Shown here: positions 30,290 through 40,504 of the stretch, in pieces | Layout: each line of letters starts with the position of its first letter | How positions within the stretch are numbered: position 1 is the first letter of the stretch | Assembly: GCA_963845065.1 (NCBI GenBank) | Contig: CAWJQQ010000008.1 | Coordinates: forward strand, 352,001 to 416,000 | DNA: 64,000 bases | Reading direction: 5' to 3' | Origin: Nitrospirota bacterium | Lineage (GTDB): Bacteria; Nitrospirota; UBA9217 | Program-made: the position numbers and the translations under genes | Notes under the pieces: model-generated | What the model was told of the DNA's origin: nothing | Seen by the model: only the letters and a program-made list of their open reading frames with translations | Database searches by the model: none

Positions 30290-31168
30290 ATGACAACGTC
30301 CATCGTCCCCCAGCTCGTCGTGAGTGGGGCTCTGATGGGCCTGGTCTATGCTCTCGTTGCATATGGATTTCAGCTTACCTTTGCTACGAGCAAGAGCATC
30401 AATTTCGGCCAGGGTGAATTGGTGATGGTCTCCGCCTTCTTCAGCCTTACCCTTACGAAGATGGGGTTTCCTTACTGGCTGATGATCCCTGGTGGCTTGC
30501 TGTTCGGTGTACTCCTCGGCCTTTTTGTGGAACGGGCCGCAGTGCGCCTGGCGCTGGAGCAGAAAAGCGAAGGCTGGGTACTCCTGACGATAATCCTCGG
30601 GTTGTTCTTTTTTTCTGCAGCAGAGAATATATGGGGCCGGGACGACCGCCCGTTCCCGACCCCGATCTCTTCCGATGCGATTCAGGTGCTCGGAGTCAGC
30701 ATCACTCCCCTGGAAATCTCCGTGGCTGTGGGTGTTTTTGCGATTATGGGGCTCATAGAGTTGTTCAAACGCAAGACCCTTCTCGGCAAAGCCTTCGAGG
30801 CCGTTTCGGCTGACCGCGATGCGGCGGAACTCATGGGCGTGTCTTCAACGCGAACGGTCATGCTCTCCTATGGTCTATCGGGCTTGTCTGCGGCTGTGGC
30901 GGGCATACTCGTTTCTCCGATTACGACGGTGGGGCCGACCATGGGATCGGTTCTTGTGCTCAAGGCATTTTCCGTCGCGGTTGTGGCCGGCCTGGATTCC
31001 GGCTTCGGCGTTGTGCTGGTCGGCCTGATTCTTGGTGCGCTCGAAAGTCTAACGAGCTTTTATATAGGCAGCGGGTGGCGCGAAGCGCCCGGCCTCGTTC
31101 TCTTGATTTTTGCCCTTGCTGTCCGTCCCACAGGTGTGTTTGGCAAGGCCGTGATCAGGAAGGTCTGA
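30290..31168 (+). CDS. livH: LivH-type ABC permease
   Basis: YALVAYG...INFGQGE, A.LMGV, KAF.VAVVAG. Confidence 0.88.
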   Translation: MTTSIVPQLVVSGALMGLVYALVAYGFQLTFATSKSINFGQGELVMVSAFFSLTLTKMGFPYWLMIPGGLLFGVLLGLFVERAAVRLALEQKSEGWVLLTIILGLFFFSAAENIWGRDDRPFPTPISSDAIQVLGVSITPLEISVAVGVFAIMGLIELFKRKTLLGKAFEAVSADRDAAELMGVSSTRTVMLSYGLSGLSAAVAGILVSPITTVGPTMGSVLVLKAFSVAVVAGLDSGFGVVLVGLILGALESLTSFYIGSGWREAPGLVLLIFALAVRPTGVFGKAVIRKV

Positions 31169-31175
31169 TGGATCG

Positions 31176-33095
31176 ATGGTGAAGCGACTTTTTTTCATTC
31201 ACGGCGCGGAGCTCCTGGTCTTTGCCCTGCTGGCGTCCATCCCGCTGGTCATAATAAATCCCTTTGCCCTCGGCCTGTTGACGCTCCTCGCCATCTATGG
31301 AATCCTGCTTATTGGGCTGGACGTGACCGTTGGCTATCTTGGACAGATCAATCTCGCACAAGCTGCCTTTCTCGGTCTCGGGGCTTACACGGCCGGTCTG
31401 ACCGTGGCACACTTCGGTTTCGGCATGGTGAGTTCACTCTGTGCAAGCCTGCTGATCGGCCTCGTGTTCGGCGTGCTGCTCGCGTTTCCAGCCCTCCGTT
31501 TGGAAGGCCCACAGTTCGCCCTGGCAACGCTCAGTTTTTCCGCTCTGGTTGCGACCACACTCAATGAATGGGAATCACTTACTAACGGGGCACAGGGTCT
31601 CTCAATCGTTCGCCCAACCCTGTTCGGGGTGAACCTCGCTGCTCAGGGTTTCTACTGGCTCTGTCTGGTCCTCCTGGCTCTCGTCTGGATCGCCATGCAC
31701 AATCTGCTCAGTTCGCAATGGGGGAGGACTTTCGAGGCCCTTCGGGACAGCTCCATTGCCACCGATGCTATGGGAATCGGTACGTTTCGGCACAAGGTTG
31801 CTGCCTTTGCCCTCGGTTCCGCACTCGGCGGTCTCGCTGGCGGACTCTATGCCTTCAACTTTCAATATCTTCAGCCCCAGAGCTTCGTTTATGACCTGAT
31901 GGTGATCCTGCTGATGGGAGCGGTGCTCGGAGGTCGGAAAAGCCTCTGGGGAGCCCTTGTCGGCGCCACCCTGATAGTACTCCTGCCGAATCTTCTTTCG
32001 AACCGGTTTCTTTTCCAGATATTCTCCGTCATCGGTCTGCTGATCGCATTGGCTGCCGGAGTACAAAGCTACTTTCATAAGACCATGAAGCCGTTTCAGG
32101 CAATCGCACCGATCGTCGCCATGGGGCTCCTTGTTGTTGTCGCTTTCTCCGTTCAGAACATCGAAGATCTTCGAAGAGCAATCTTTGCTTTGATGCTGTT
32201 CTCGGTAGTTGTAGGACTTCCCGAAGGGCTCATGGGTTTTGCCGCAAGATTCCTCTCGAAATTATTTCGTATAGCTCCCGCTACATTGGCCGAACCATCT
32301 TCGTTGGACATGGTCCTGCCCAAAAAAGATGCTGATGGGGGCCCCCTGCTCGAGCTTCAAGAGTTGAAACGCAATTTCGGCGGGGTGCGGGCAATTGACG
32401 GTGTTTCCCTGGTAGTGCATTCCGGCCATATCCACGGGCTGATCGGTCCGAACGGCTCCGGCAAGAGCACACTTGTGAATGTCATTTCAGGTTTGTACAC
32501 TCCGAGCGGAGGAACCATGCTGCTCCGAGGCAGGCCGCTTCCCGTAGGCAGTCTCTTCAATGCCGCACGAACGGGGATCTCGCGGACATTTCAGAATTTA
32601 CAGATCTTTTCGGAGCTGACCGCGCTGGACAACATTATGGTGGCCATGAAGGATACGTACCATAAATCCCTTCCATTGGTGATGTTCGGTTTTGCTCGCG
32701 GGGAGGAGCGCTGCGGCCAGTCCAGAGCCCTAACCCTGCTTGAGCTGGTGGGGTTGCATGACGAGGCACGTACGCCGGCCAAGGACCTTCCTTACGGTGC
32801 TCAGCGTTTTCTCGAGATAGCCCGTGCTTTGGCTTGCCGTCCCGACCTCTTGATCCTTGATGAACCAGCTGCAGGGCTCGCCCATCCCGACGTCAAGAAG
32901 TTGGTCGAGATCATACGGAACATACATAGGACCGGAATCACAACGATCCTGATTGAACATCATATGGATGTTGTGAGTGAGCTCTGCGACGTGGTAACGG
33001 TCCTGGACGGTGGTCTTGTAATCGCGGAGGGGCGACCGGAAGATGTGAAGCGGCATCCCAAGGTCATCGCGGCTTATCTGGGAGCAACTGCATGA
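31176..33095 (+). CDS. LivM permease fused to LivG ATPase
   Basis: GQINLAQAAF, FALATL permease part; GPNGSGKS, RTFQN, LDEPAAG, EHHMD ATPase part. Confidence 0.92.
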   Translation: MVKRLFFIHGAELLVFALLASIPLVIINPFALGLLTLLAIYGILLIGLDVTVGYLGQINLAQAAFLGLGAYTAGLTVAHFGFGMVSSLCASLLIGLVFGVLLAFPALRLEGPQFALATLSFSALVATTLNEWESLTNGAQGLSIVRPTLFGVNLAAQGFYWLCLVLLALVWIAMHNLLSSQWGRTFEALRDSSIATDAMGIGTFRHKVAAFALGSALGGLAGGLYAFNFQYLQPQSFVYDLMVILLMGAVLGGRKSLWGALVGATLIVLLPNLLSNRFLFQIFSVIGLLIALAAGVQSYFHKTMKPFQAIAPIVAMGLLVVVAFSVQNIEDLRRAIFALMLFSVVVGLPEGLMGFAARFLSKLFRIAPATLAEPSSLDMVLPKKDADGGPLLELQELKRNFGGVRAIDGVSLVVHSGHIHGLIGPNGSGKSTLVNVISGLYTPSGGTMLLRGRPLPVGSLFNAARTGISRTFQNLQIFSELTALDNIMVAMKDTYHKSLPLVMFGFARGEERCGQSRALTLLELVGLHDEARTPAKDLPYGAQRFLEIARALACRPDLLILDEPAAGLAHPDVKKLVEIIRNIHRTGITTILIEHHMDVVSELCDVVTVLDGGLVIAEGRPEDVKRHPKVIAAYLGATA

Positions 33096-33164
33096 ATAGA
33101 AAACGTAGAAAGGAGCTGCCTTCTATAATACGAATGAATTTATCTACGACAGGGGAAATCGCCT

Positions 33165-33881
33165 ATGCTGATCGTCGATAACATCTATGCGGGATATGGC
33201 GCCAGTGAGGTTCTGGTCGGAACCTCGCTTCAGCTGAAGGCAGGGGCCTTGGTCGCTTTGATCGGCCCGAATGGCGCTGGCAAAACCACGACCATGCGCG
33301 CCATCTCCGGCCTTGTGAAGCCAACGAAGGGACGGGTGTTGCTTGATAACAAGCCGGTGCAAGGAATGGATGCGTCGCAAATCGCAAGGCTTGGTCTCGC
33401 TCATGTGCCGGAAGGCCGGCGGGTGTTCGGGCCGCTGACCGTCGAGGATAACCTGTTATTGGGGGGATATCGCCGTTTACCAAGGTTCTTCGGATTCCTC
33501 AAGAAGGCCGCACGCGACCTTGAGCGGGTATATGAGCTGTTCCCCCGTTTGCTGGAACGGCGCCACCAGTCAGCCGGAACGCTTTCAGGCGGTGAACAGC
33601 AGATGCTTGCAATCGGCCGTGCCTTGATGTCCGACCCCAAGGTGATCCTGATGGACGAGCCTTCCATGGGGTTGGCTCCAGTCATCGTGGAGGAGGTTTT
33701 CGCTACCATCAAGCGCCTCAAAGAGACCGGCATACCCTTGCTTCTCGTCGAGCAAATGACCAGGAAGGCTTTGGAAGTGGCTGAATACGTCTACGTCATG
33801 GAGCATGGAAGGGTCGTTATCCAAGGGAACCCGGCGGAACTCCAAAAGAACGAGCGTGTGATCGCGGCATATCTCGGCTGA
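33165..33881 (+). CDS. livF: LivF-type ABC ATPase
   Basis: GPNGAGKT, VPEGRRVF, LSGGEQQMLAIGRALM, DEPSMGLAP. Confidence 0.93.
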   Translation: MLIVDNIYAGYGASEVLVGTSLQLKAGALVALIGPNGAGKTTTMRAISGLVKPTKGRVLLDNKPVQGMDASQIARLGLAHVPEGRRVFGPLTVEDNLLLGGYRRLPRFFGFLKKAARDLERVYELFPRLLERRHQSAGTLSGGEQQMLAIGRALMSDPKVILMDEPSMGLAPVIVEEVFATIKRLKETGIPLLLVEQMTRKALEVAEYVYVMEHGRVVIQGNPAELQKNERVIAAYLG

Positions 33882-33953
33882 CGGGAACGACGATGTCTTG
33901 ACCGGCCTGAAAGGGATTGACTTTACCGGAAGAAGTGCTTATAGTGATTTCAA

Positions 33954-34280
33954 ATGACGCTTAAGCCAAGGTCAATCATATTCATTCTTGCTTTTGCTCT
34001 TCTCATCCAGAACACCTGCCCATTCGGAGCGGCTGGCAAATCCACGGTTGGCGTATCGTGCGAAAACTGTCCAATGCATCACAGCATCGCCGTAACGACC
34101 GATGGGCAGAAAGACCTCGTGTCAGATTCTTCCTCTATTCACTTTCCTCTTTACGTCTTCGCTGTTCCGAAGACGATCCATACATTCCAGTTCGATCCTA
34201 TCAAGTCCATGCGACCCGTCCTTGCCGATAACTACAAAGACGTTTCGCCGGACGAACTTCTGAGACCTCCCCGAGCCTGA
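33954..34280 (+). CDS. Small exported CxxC protein with C-terminal RPP motif (DUF2946/CruR-like uORF candidate)
   Basis: Signal-like N-terminus, CENCPMHH, ends LLRPPRA. Confidence 0.65.
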   Translation: MTLKPRSIIFILAFALLIQNTCPFGAAGKSTVGVSCENCPMHHSIAVTTDGQKDLVSDSSSIHFPLYVFAVPKTIHTFQFDPIKSMRPVLADNYKDVSPDELLRPPRA

Positions 34281-34481
34281 TCTCCCTTGCGGTATAAAAA
34301 TACACGACTGCGACACAGAAAAGCATTCGACACGGATATACACGAAAAAAGTTGATGTAAAGACTGATTAGTAATCAGGTTAATCATGCTTCAATCAGTG
34401 TCCCTGCGTGTCAAGGATTCCTCATTTTTCTCATTGTCGCAGTGGTTTCGTCTTACCATTTTTTTCAGGGAGGTCACAATT

Positions 34482-35675
34482 ATGAACACGCAAAAGACGC
34501 TTCTTCGGAGCGCGCTTGTCCTTTACTTTGTCATTGCTTTTGAAGTGCTGATCATGATCAGCCCCTTTGCTGGGTTTTTTTACTCGGTCTTTAACCCCAT
34601 ACTGCTCAAACTTGCGAGTAATTCTTCAACACGGTGGCTGAGCGCTTTTTACTTGCCTCATATGGTCCTGCCGCAGGACTGGTTCCTGCAGTTCGTACGA
34701 GTCATGGGATCGGTCCTGTTCGTCGTCGGGATGGTCATTTTCCTTGTTTGTGCCGCCCAGATCTATATCGCCAAGTTCAAGAGAAAGGGCGCCGTGCTTG
34801 GCGGTCTTTACTCTGCCATCCGTCATCCCCAGTATCTCGCTCTTGGACTAGCCGGTCTCGGGCTCTCAATCATGTGGCCAAGGTTTCTGACGATCGTGCT
34901 ATGGCTCGTCATGGCGTTAGTCTATTATTTCCTTGCCAAAGACGAAGAGCGGAGAATGCTGAATGCCCATGAAGAGACGTATCGCAAGTACATGAGCAAG
35001 ACCGGGATGTTTTTACCGAGAGGTCTTGAAAAATCACTGACACCATCATCAACTTTTGGGAAAATCGTTTTCGCTGTAGGCTTTGCAGCGGCTGTTATTG
35101 GCACAGCATTCCTGCTTCGTACGTATACCATTAGTCAGCTTACAACCTGGACAAAAGCGCAAAACATTACCGCCGTCGCCATCCTTCCCGAGGACGCATT
35201 CATGATGGACCATAGAATGTCCGACGTGCTTGCATTGAAAGAAATTAAGGAGCGGATTCAGGACAATAAACAGTATCTTGTCTACTTCATACCACAATAC
35301 TACATCATGCAGGGAATGATCGCAGACACCGGGGGGGACTGGAAACTTTTTAATCAACATCACTCGATGGCGATGATCATGGACTGGATATTCAACCCCT
35401 TCGGTCATCTGCGCGCAGGGCACCATGCAATGCACGACGGCATGCAAATGCAGAATCAAAACACTGCGGGTATGGAAAGCGGCATGATCAGGAGGCTGAT
35501 CTTCATTTCGATTGAGGATGTTCCGGTGAAAAATCCTTCCGACTTGTTCTCAATTAATGCTCTTCGCGTGCCGCAGTTCATGGCCGATGTGGACGTGCAC
35601 AACCTGCAGTTGATCGAGGTCAAAGAGTTGCCTCACGGCAGCGGGTGGGGAACCGTGCCCACTCCGGTGTTCTGA
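34482..35675 (+). CDS. ICMT/PEMT-family membrane methyltransferase-like protein with His/Met-rich C-terminal domain
   Basis: GLYSAIRHPQY and EER.M...Y..Y motifs; GGAGG RBS. Confidence 0.8.
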   Translation: MNTQKTLLRSALVLYFVIAFEVLIMISPFAGFFYSVFNPILLKLASNSSTRWLSAFYLPHMVLPQDWFLQFVRVMGSVLFVVGMVIFLVCAAQIYIAKFKRKGAVLGGLYSAIRHPQYLALGLAGLGLSIMWPRFLTIVLWLVMALVYYFLAKDEERRMLNAHEETYRKYMSKTGMFLPRGLEKSLTPSSTFGKIVFAVGFAAAVIGTAFLLRTYTISQLTTWTKAQNITAVAILPEDAFMMDHRMSDVLALKEIKERIQDNKQYLVYFIPQYYIMQGMIADTGGDWKLFNQHHSMAMIMDWIFNPFGHLRAGHHAMHDGMQMQNQNTAGMESGMIRRLIFISIEDVPVKNPSDLFSINALRVPQFMADVDVHNLQLIEVKELPHGSGWGTVPTPVF

Positions 35676-35745
35676 AAGGACTGCTTTCTAATTAGCGGAG
35701 AGGCAGAGGGAGCCCGAAACATCTGCCTACGAAAAGGAGAAAATA

Positions 35746-36540
35746 ATGAAGAAACGATTTATTTTAACAGCATTGGCAACCATCCTGATATTGGGGATGT
35801 TGTTTGCCTCAACATATGCGGCCATTGTAGGATCGAAGAAAGAGGGTCTGGTCGAGTACGTCGGAGCTCAGAAAACTATCTTTGTGACCGGCAAGGCTCT
35901 GAGCGTCGTATCTTTGGAAGACATGACAGGCCGTAAGGGATTGTATGCCATGGGGCCTATAGACGGCTTTGACGGGGAGATTACGATCTTTGACTCTAAA
36001 CCCTTCATCACCAAGGTGCGGGGTAAAGACTTTGTCATGGACAACACGTTTAGGCACGGCGCGTTTTTTCTTGTCTGGACGGAGCAATCGAAATGGAAGG
36101 ACGTCCCCGTTCCCCCTTCGGTCAGGGGCTACGTTGATCTGCAGCAATTCGTCAAAGAACAGGCGCAAGCATCGGGGATCGATGTAGCAAAGCCCTTCCC
36201 GTTCCTGCTCGCAGGGACACCAGTAGAGATCAAATGGCACATCAATGTCGACCGTACTGAAGGGAAGCCCATTACGAAAGAACTGTTCGTCAAATCAAAG
36301 GAGCACTTTATCACAAAAGATGAGCCCGCCGATATCATCGGCTTCTATTCCGACCATCATGGTGGCGTGTTCATCGCAGACTATGCTCCCGCAATCAAGA
36401 AAGGTTCGGGAATAAAGAATGTGATTCATATTCATTTTGTGTCGCGCGTAAGCAAGGCTGCCGGGCATATTGATGACCTGACGCTCGGGGAAGGGATGGT
36501 TTTGAAATTACCGCAGCAGCAGGAAGATGCACAAAACTAG
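35746..36540 (+). CDS. Exported acetolactate decarboxylase-like fold protein
   Basis: Signal peptide; G...GFDGEITI, IIGFYS..H.G, IHIHF and GHIDDL motifs. Confidence 0.7.
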   Translation: MKKRFILTALATILILGMLFASTYAAIVGSKKEGLVEYVGAQKTIFVTGKALSVVSLEDMTGRKGLYAMGPIDGFDGEITIFDSKPFITKVRGKDFVMDNTFRHGAFFLVWTEQSKWKDVPVPPSVRGYVDLQQFVKEQAQASGIDVAKPFPFLLAGTPVEIKWHINVDRTEGKPITKELFVKSKEHFITKDEPADIIGFYSDHHGGVFIADYAPAIKKGSGIKNVIHIHFVSRVSKAAGHIDDLTLGEGMVLKLPQQQEDAQN

Positions 36541-36567
36541 GTAACGTTCCGATTGATGTTCTGTTGC

Positions 36568-36597
36568 AAGGGCGGCCTTCTGTGGCCGCCCTTTTTG
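36568..36597 (+). terminator. Intrinsic terminator
   Basis: AAGGGCGGCC/GGCCGCCCTT then TTT. Confidence 0.75.
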
Positions 36598-36780
36598 ATT
36601 ACGTCATTTACCGGGTTTCCGTGCAAAGCCGACGGTATTAACCATGGGGAGAGGTCAGCTGCTATTCCCGTACTCCAATAAGGTCATCGGCGCATGCATT
36701 TGCAATAACAACTGAATTTTTTGCTTTTTTAGAGGAGTGCATTGCCTGGAATAAAAAATGCTGTTATAATCAAGACCACT

Positions 36781-37398
36781 ATGCAGAGTGATGAACGTCT
36801 TAATACCGCCTCACATTTTATTGGTGCAGCATTAGCGCTGGCAGGCCTCGTCGTTCTCGTCGTCCATGCGAGTGCGCAAGGAGATCCTTGGAAGATCGTC
36901 AGTTTCAGTGTTTACGGCATCACGCTGACAGCGCTTTATTTTTTTTCGACCCTCTATCACGCAAGTAGAGGTAAAGCCAAAGCCATTTTCCAAAAACTCG
37001 ATCATTCCGCCATTTATTTCCTCATAGCAGGCACATATACTCCGTTTACACTCGTTACCTTACGAGGCGCCTGGGGATGGTCCATCTTCGGAACAATCTG
37101 GGGGCTGGCAATCATCGGGGTCCTGCAGGATATCCTTATGACTACGAAGAGGAGAATTCTCTCGGTAGTCATTTATCTGCTCATGGGCTGGCTTGTCACC
37201 ATTGCCATCCGTCCGCTCGTACGCGCCCTCCCGCTTGCTGGACTTACTTGGGTGGTTGCCGGTGGTTTGTTCTATACTGTGGGCGTTATTTTCTATTCCT
37301 TGGACAAAAAAATACGCTACGGACATGGGATATTCCATTTTTTTGTGCTTGCCGGAAGCATTTGCCACTATTTCGCAATAATCTTGTATGTCCTCTAG
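36781..37398 (+). CDS. Hemolysin III / PAQR family membrane protein
   Basis: STLYH, DHSAIYFLIAGTYTP, HGIFHFFVL. Confidence 0.93.
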   Translation: MQSDERLNTASHFIGAALALAGLVVLVVHASAQGDPWKIVSFSVYGITLTALYFFSTLYHASRGKAKAIFQKLDHSAIYFLIAGTYTPFTLVTLRGAWGWSIFGTIWGLAIIGVLQDILMTTKRRILSVVIYLLMGWLVTIAIRPLVRALPLAGLTWVVAGGLFYTVGVIFYSLDKKIRYGHGIFHFFVLAGSICHYFAIILYVL

Positions 37399-37544
37399 CT
37401 TTTTACGACCTTCCACACCGCTGCCATGCTGATCAAAATAAAATTAGCGACCCCAAAAAATTGCTTGACATTATTTATTTTATATGTATCCTAATAACTA
37501 TACTTAGTATGGTCAATAGTAGCAGACTATCCAATGAGGGCAAC

Positions 37545-37745
37545 ATGGTCACCAGCAAGAATCTGAAAAGATATAAAACCAGCGAGATCTGCAATCGTTT
37601 CGATATCTCTCGTGCTACTCTTTTCCGTTGGGAAAGCGAGGGGCTCCTGCGTGGAGTACAGCGTGACTGGCGCGGCTGGAGAGTTTATTCTGAGAATAAC
37701 TTGCAAACTATAGAGAAGATCATAAAAAGCAAAAACGCCGGTTGA
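37545..37745 (+). CDS. Small MerR/excisionase-type HTH protein upstream of pilM
   Basis: YKTSEICNRFDISRATLFRWE.EG...RDWRGWRVY; GAGGG RBS. Confidence 0.82.
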   Translation: MVTSKNLKRYKTSEICNRFDISRATLFRWESEGLLRGVQRDWRGWRVYSENNLQTIEKIIKSKNAG

Positions 37746-37775
37746 TACGGCGTATTTCCAGCTTTTGGAGACAGG

Positions 37776-38828
37776 ATGTTTTTTTCAAAAAAAATTGAAC
37801 CCATTGCACTTGATATCGGATCGACCTTTATCAAGCTCGTTCAACTGAAGGGCTCGAACAGGAACTATCACCTGGTGAAATTCGGCATGATACCGCTGCC
37901 GCCTGAGGTGATTGTGGAAGGGGCGGTTATGGACGCCGGGCGGGTCGTTGACGCCATCAAGGAGCTCCTTATCGCACAAAAAGTGACGACCAAAGAAGTC
38001 GTCATATCCGTATCCGGAAGCTCGGTGATCATAAAACGGGTATCTGTTGCTGACATGACCGATGAAGAACTTGCCGAATCCATCAAATGGGAGGCCGAGC
38101 AGTATATTCCTTTCTCGATTGACGATGTAAACGTTGATTTTCAGAGATTGGGATCCGGCGCAGCTGAAGGACAAGCCGATGTCCTTCTGGTTGCAGTCAA
38201 AAAAGATAAGATCAATGATTATGTAAACCTGGCTAAAGAGGCAGGGCTGGAGCCCGTCGTGATGGATGTTGATGCTTTTGCCCTGGCAAACATGTACGAA
38301 CTGAATTACGATGTCGAAGCAGGAACAACGGCACTGCTTAATATCGGCGCTTCAGTGATGAACATCAATATTCTGAAGGACGGAACTTCGATTTTCACGC
38401 GTGACGTAACTGTGGGCGGCAACCGGTATATCGAGGCGCTTCAGAGGGATTTCGGCCTCACCTACGAAGATGCTAAAAAAGTTCAGCGGGGAGAGGATGT
38501 TGAAGGGCCAGACAAGGAACAGATTGCGGGCGTTATGTCATCGGTTACCGAAGATATGGTTGCAGAAACTCAGCGTTCATTTGAATTTTTTCGATCCACA
38601 ACAGGCAGTGAGAAAGTGTCCCATGTCCTCGTCGCTGGCGGGTGTGCGCGGATCGGGCATTTCGCGACGATGCTGTCCGAGCGTCTCGAGGTTCCCGTGG
38701 AGGTAGCGAACCCCTTCAAAAATATCAAAATAGATACTAAAAAGTTTGATACATCGATTATTGAAGATTCATCCCCGCTGTGTGCCATTGCCGTGGGGTT
38801 GGCGATCAGGAGGCCTGGAGACAGATGA
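37776..38828 (+). CDS. pilM: Type IV pilus assembly protein PilM
   Basis: LDIGS, EAEQYIPF, actin-like fold, AVGLAIR end. Confidence 0.95.
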   Translation: MFFSKKIEPIALDIGSTFIKLVQLKGSNRNYHLVKFGMIPLPPEVIVEGAVMDAGRVVDAIKELLIAQKVTTKEVVISVSGSSVIIKRVSVADMTDEELAESIKWEAEQYIPFSIDDVNVDFQRLGSGAAEGQADVLLVAVKKDKINDYVNLAKEAGLEPVVMDVDAFALANMYELNYDVEAGTTALLNIGASVMNINILKDGTSIFTRDVTVGGNRYIEALQRDFGLTYEDAKKVQRGEDVEGPDKEQIAGVMSSVTEDMVAETQRSFEFFRSTTGSEKVSHVLVAGGCARIGHFATMLSERLEVPVEVANPFKNIKIDTKKFDTSIIEDSSPLCAIAVGLAIRRPGDR

Positions 38829-39373
38829 TAAAAATTAATCTTCTGCCAACCAAGAAAAAGGCCGCCAAAAAGGTTATTGATCTTCAGCAGCAGCTGCTTT
38901 TCGCTGTGCTCGTGATCATCTTTAGCTTGATCATCATGTGGTTTTTCTTGAACAAACAGCAAAAAATGATCGCCCGCCTTCAAAAAGAAAAAATCACCGC
39001 GGAAGGACGCGTTCGAGAACAAGACAATATGTTGAAAGAAGTCAAGAATGTAGAGGAAGAGCGGAAAAAGGTAGCTGAAAAAATTGACGTTATCGAAAGA
39101 CTCAAAAAAAATCAAGCCGGGCCCGTGCGGCTGCTTGATGAAGTGAGCAAGGCGCTTCCCCAAGGCGTAAATATATCATCACTTACTGAGAGCAATAATA
39201 GTATAAGCATCGACGGAATGGCTTTCACCAATGATGATGTGGTGAGGTTTGTCGATAACTTGAAAGCCTCCCGCTTTTTATCGGATGTCGCATTACTGGA
39301 AACAAGCCAGGCGACTCAGGAAAGCACAACTATTTATCGGTATCGTCTGCAGTTTGCTTACAAGGGATTATAA
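38825..39373 (+). CDS. pilN: Type IV pilus assembly protein PilN
   Basis: MIKINLLP motif, TM, coiled coil; ATGA overlap with pilM. Confidence 0.93.
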   Translation: MIKINLLPTKKKAAKKVIDLQQQLLFAVLVIIFSLIIMWFFLNKQQKMIARLQKEKITAEGRVREQDNMLKEVKNVEEERKKVAEKIDVIERLKKNQAGPVRLLDEVSKALPQGVNISSLTESNNSISIDGMAFTNDDVVRFVDNLKASRFLSDVALLETSQATQESTTIYRYRLQFAYKGL

Positions 39374-39984
39374 TGGCTTCCTATTTAGATAAAATACAAA
39401 AGATCCCTCAAAAAACCAGACTGATAGCATTTGTTGTCGTCATCGTCTTGATCGTGATCGCTTATATTATTCAGTTTCAAATCCCGATGAAGACGCAAAT
39501 AGAGAATTTGGAAAAGTCGTTATCCGATTCACATACAAAAATACTTGATAATGACAATAAAATTAAAAAGCTCGACGACCTTAAAATCGAAGTAAAAACG
39601 TTGCAGCAGCGGTTGGTTATCCTGACACAGCAACTCCCTCCTGAATCTGAGGTCTCAGGCCTCTTGCGGCAAATACAAAATCTGGTGAATCAATCTGGTC
39701 TCGTACTCAAGCTCTGGAAACCCGATAAGCGGAGATTGCATTCAAGCGGATTGTATGAGGAAATACCTATTAATCTTGTGCTGACCGGCGGTTACCATAA
39801 TACGGCTGCTTTTTTTGACCGAGTCGGCAAGTTGACGCGCATCGTGAACATTCTCAATATAAAGATGGTCGGTGCAAAAATGGCTGCGAATGGTTCAATG
39901 GATATCAATATCAATTGTACGGCCATGACGTTTTCGGCTGTGGAGAAAAAAGTTGAGGCAGGTCAGACGAATAAAAACAATTAG
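39373..39984 (+). CDS. pilO: Type IV pilus assembly protein PilO
   Basis: QLP..SEV..LL, YEEIPI, GGYH, RIVN; operon position. Confidence 0.92.
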   Translation: MASYLDKIQKIPQKTRLIAFVVVIVLIVIAYIIQFQIPMKTQIENLEKSLSDSHTKILDNDNKIKKLDDLKIEVKTLQQRLVILTQQLPPESEVSGLLRQIQNLVNQSGLVLKLWKPDKRRLHSSGLYEEIPINLVLTGGYHNTAAFFDRVGKLTRIVNILNIKMVGAKMAANGSMDININCTAMTFSAVEKKVEAGQTNKNN

Positions 39985-40504
39985 TAGCGCAGCCTTCTTC
40001 TTGATTATTTTAACGTCATTTGGAGCGGTCTTGTTGGGCTGCTCAGAGTCGGCGAAGGCTCCCAACACCTCCGTAGCGATAACCCAAAAAACGGTTCAAA
40101 AACCTATTACGCAGGGGACGGCTACGGCTATCGAAACGCCACCGCCTCAGGAATATAGCTATAATCCTCAGGGGAGGCGCGATCCCTTTGCTCCGATTAT
40201 TGTTCGGGCAGAGCAGAAAGCCCGAGGCGGAAATTTATCGCCCTTGGAACGATATGATTTGAGCCAGTTTAAATTTACGGGAGTTTTGTGGGGTGGTTAC
40301 GGCTATAATGCAATGGTTGAAGGCCCTGACGGGAAGGGCTATTTTATCAGGGTTGGAACCATAATAGGACCCAATAAAGGCGTCGTGAAAAAAATAACTC
40401 AGCAAACGATGGTGGTCGAAGAAAAATATAAAACATTTTCAGGGGAAACTGAGCATAAGGAAATAGTCATAGAGCTCCAGAAAAAACAGGAGGGGATGCA
40501 ATGA
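39953..40504 (+). CDS. pilP: Type IV pilus lipoprotein PilP
   Basis: Lipobox LLGC, GRRDPF, PLERYDL; start uncertain. Confidence 0.9.
   Translation: MRQVRRIKTISSAAFFLIILTSFGAVLLGCSESAKAPNTSVAITQKTVQKPITQGTATAIETPPPQEYSYNPQGRRDPFAPIIVRAEQKARGGNLSPLERYDLSQFKFTGVLWGGYGYNAMVEGPDGKGYFIRVGTIIGPNKGVVKKITQQTMVVEEKYKTFSGETEHKEIVIELQKKQEGMQ

Noticed and set aside
31176..33095. LivM-LivG fusion as a novelty
   Set aside because: This fusion is common in HAAT-family transporters.
37077..37544. 222-aa ORF overlapping the hemolysin III gene
   Set aside because: Only the last 66 codons look like a protein, and they have their own RBS.
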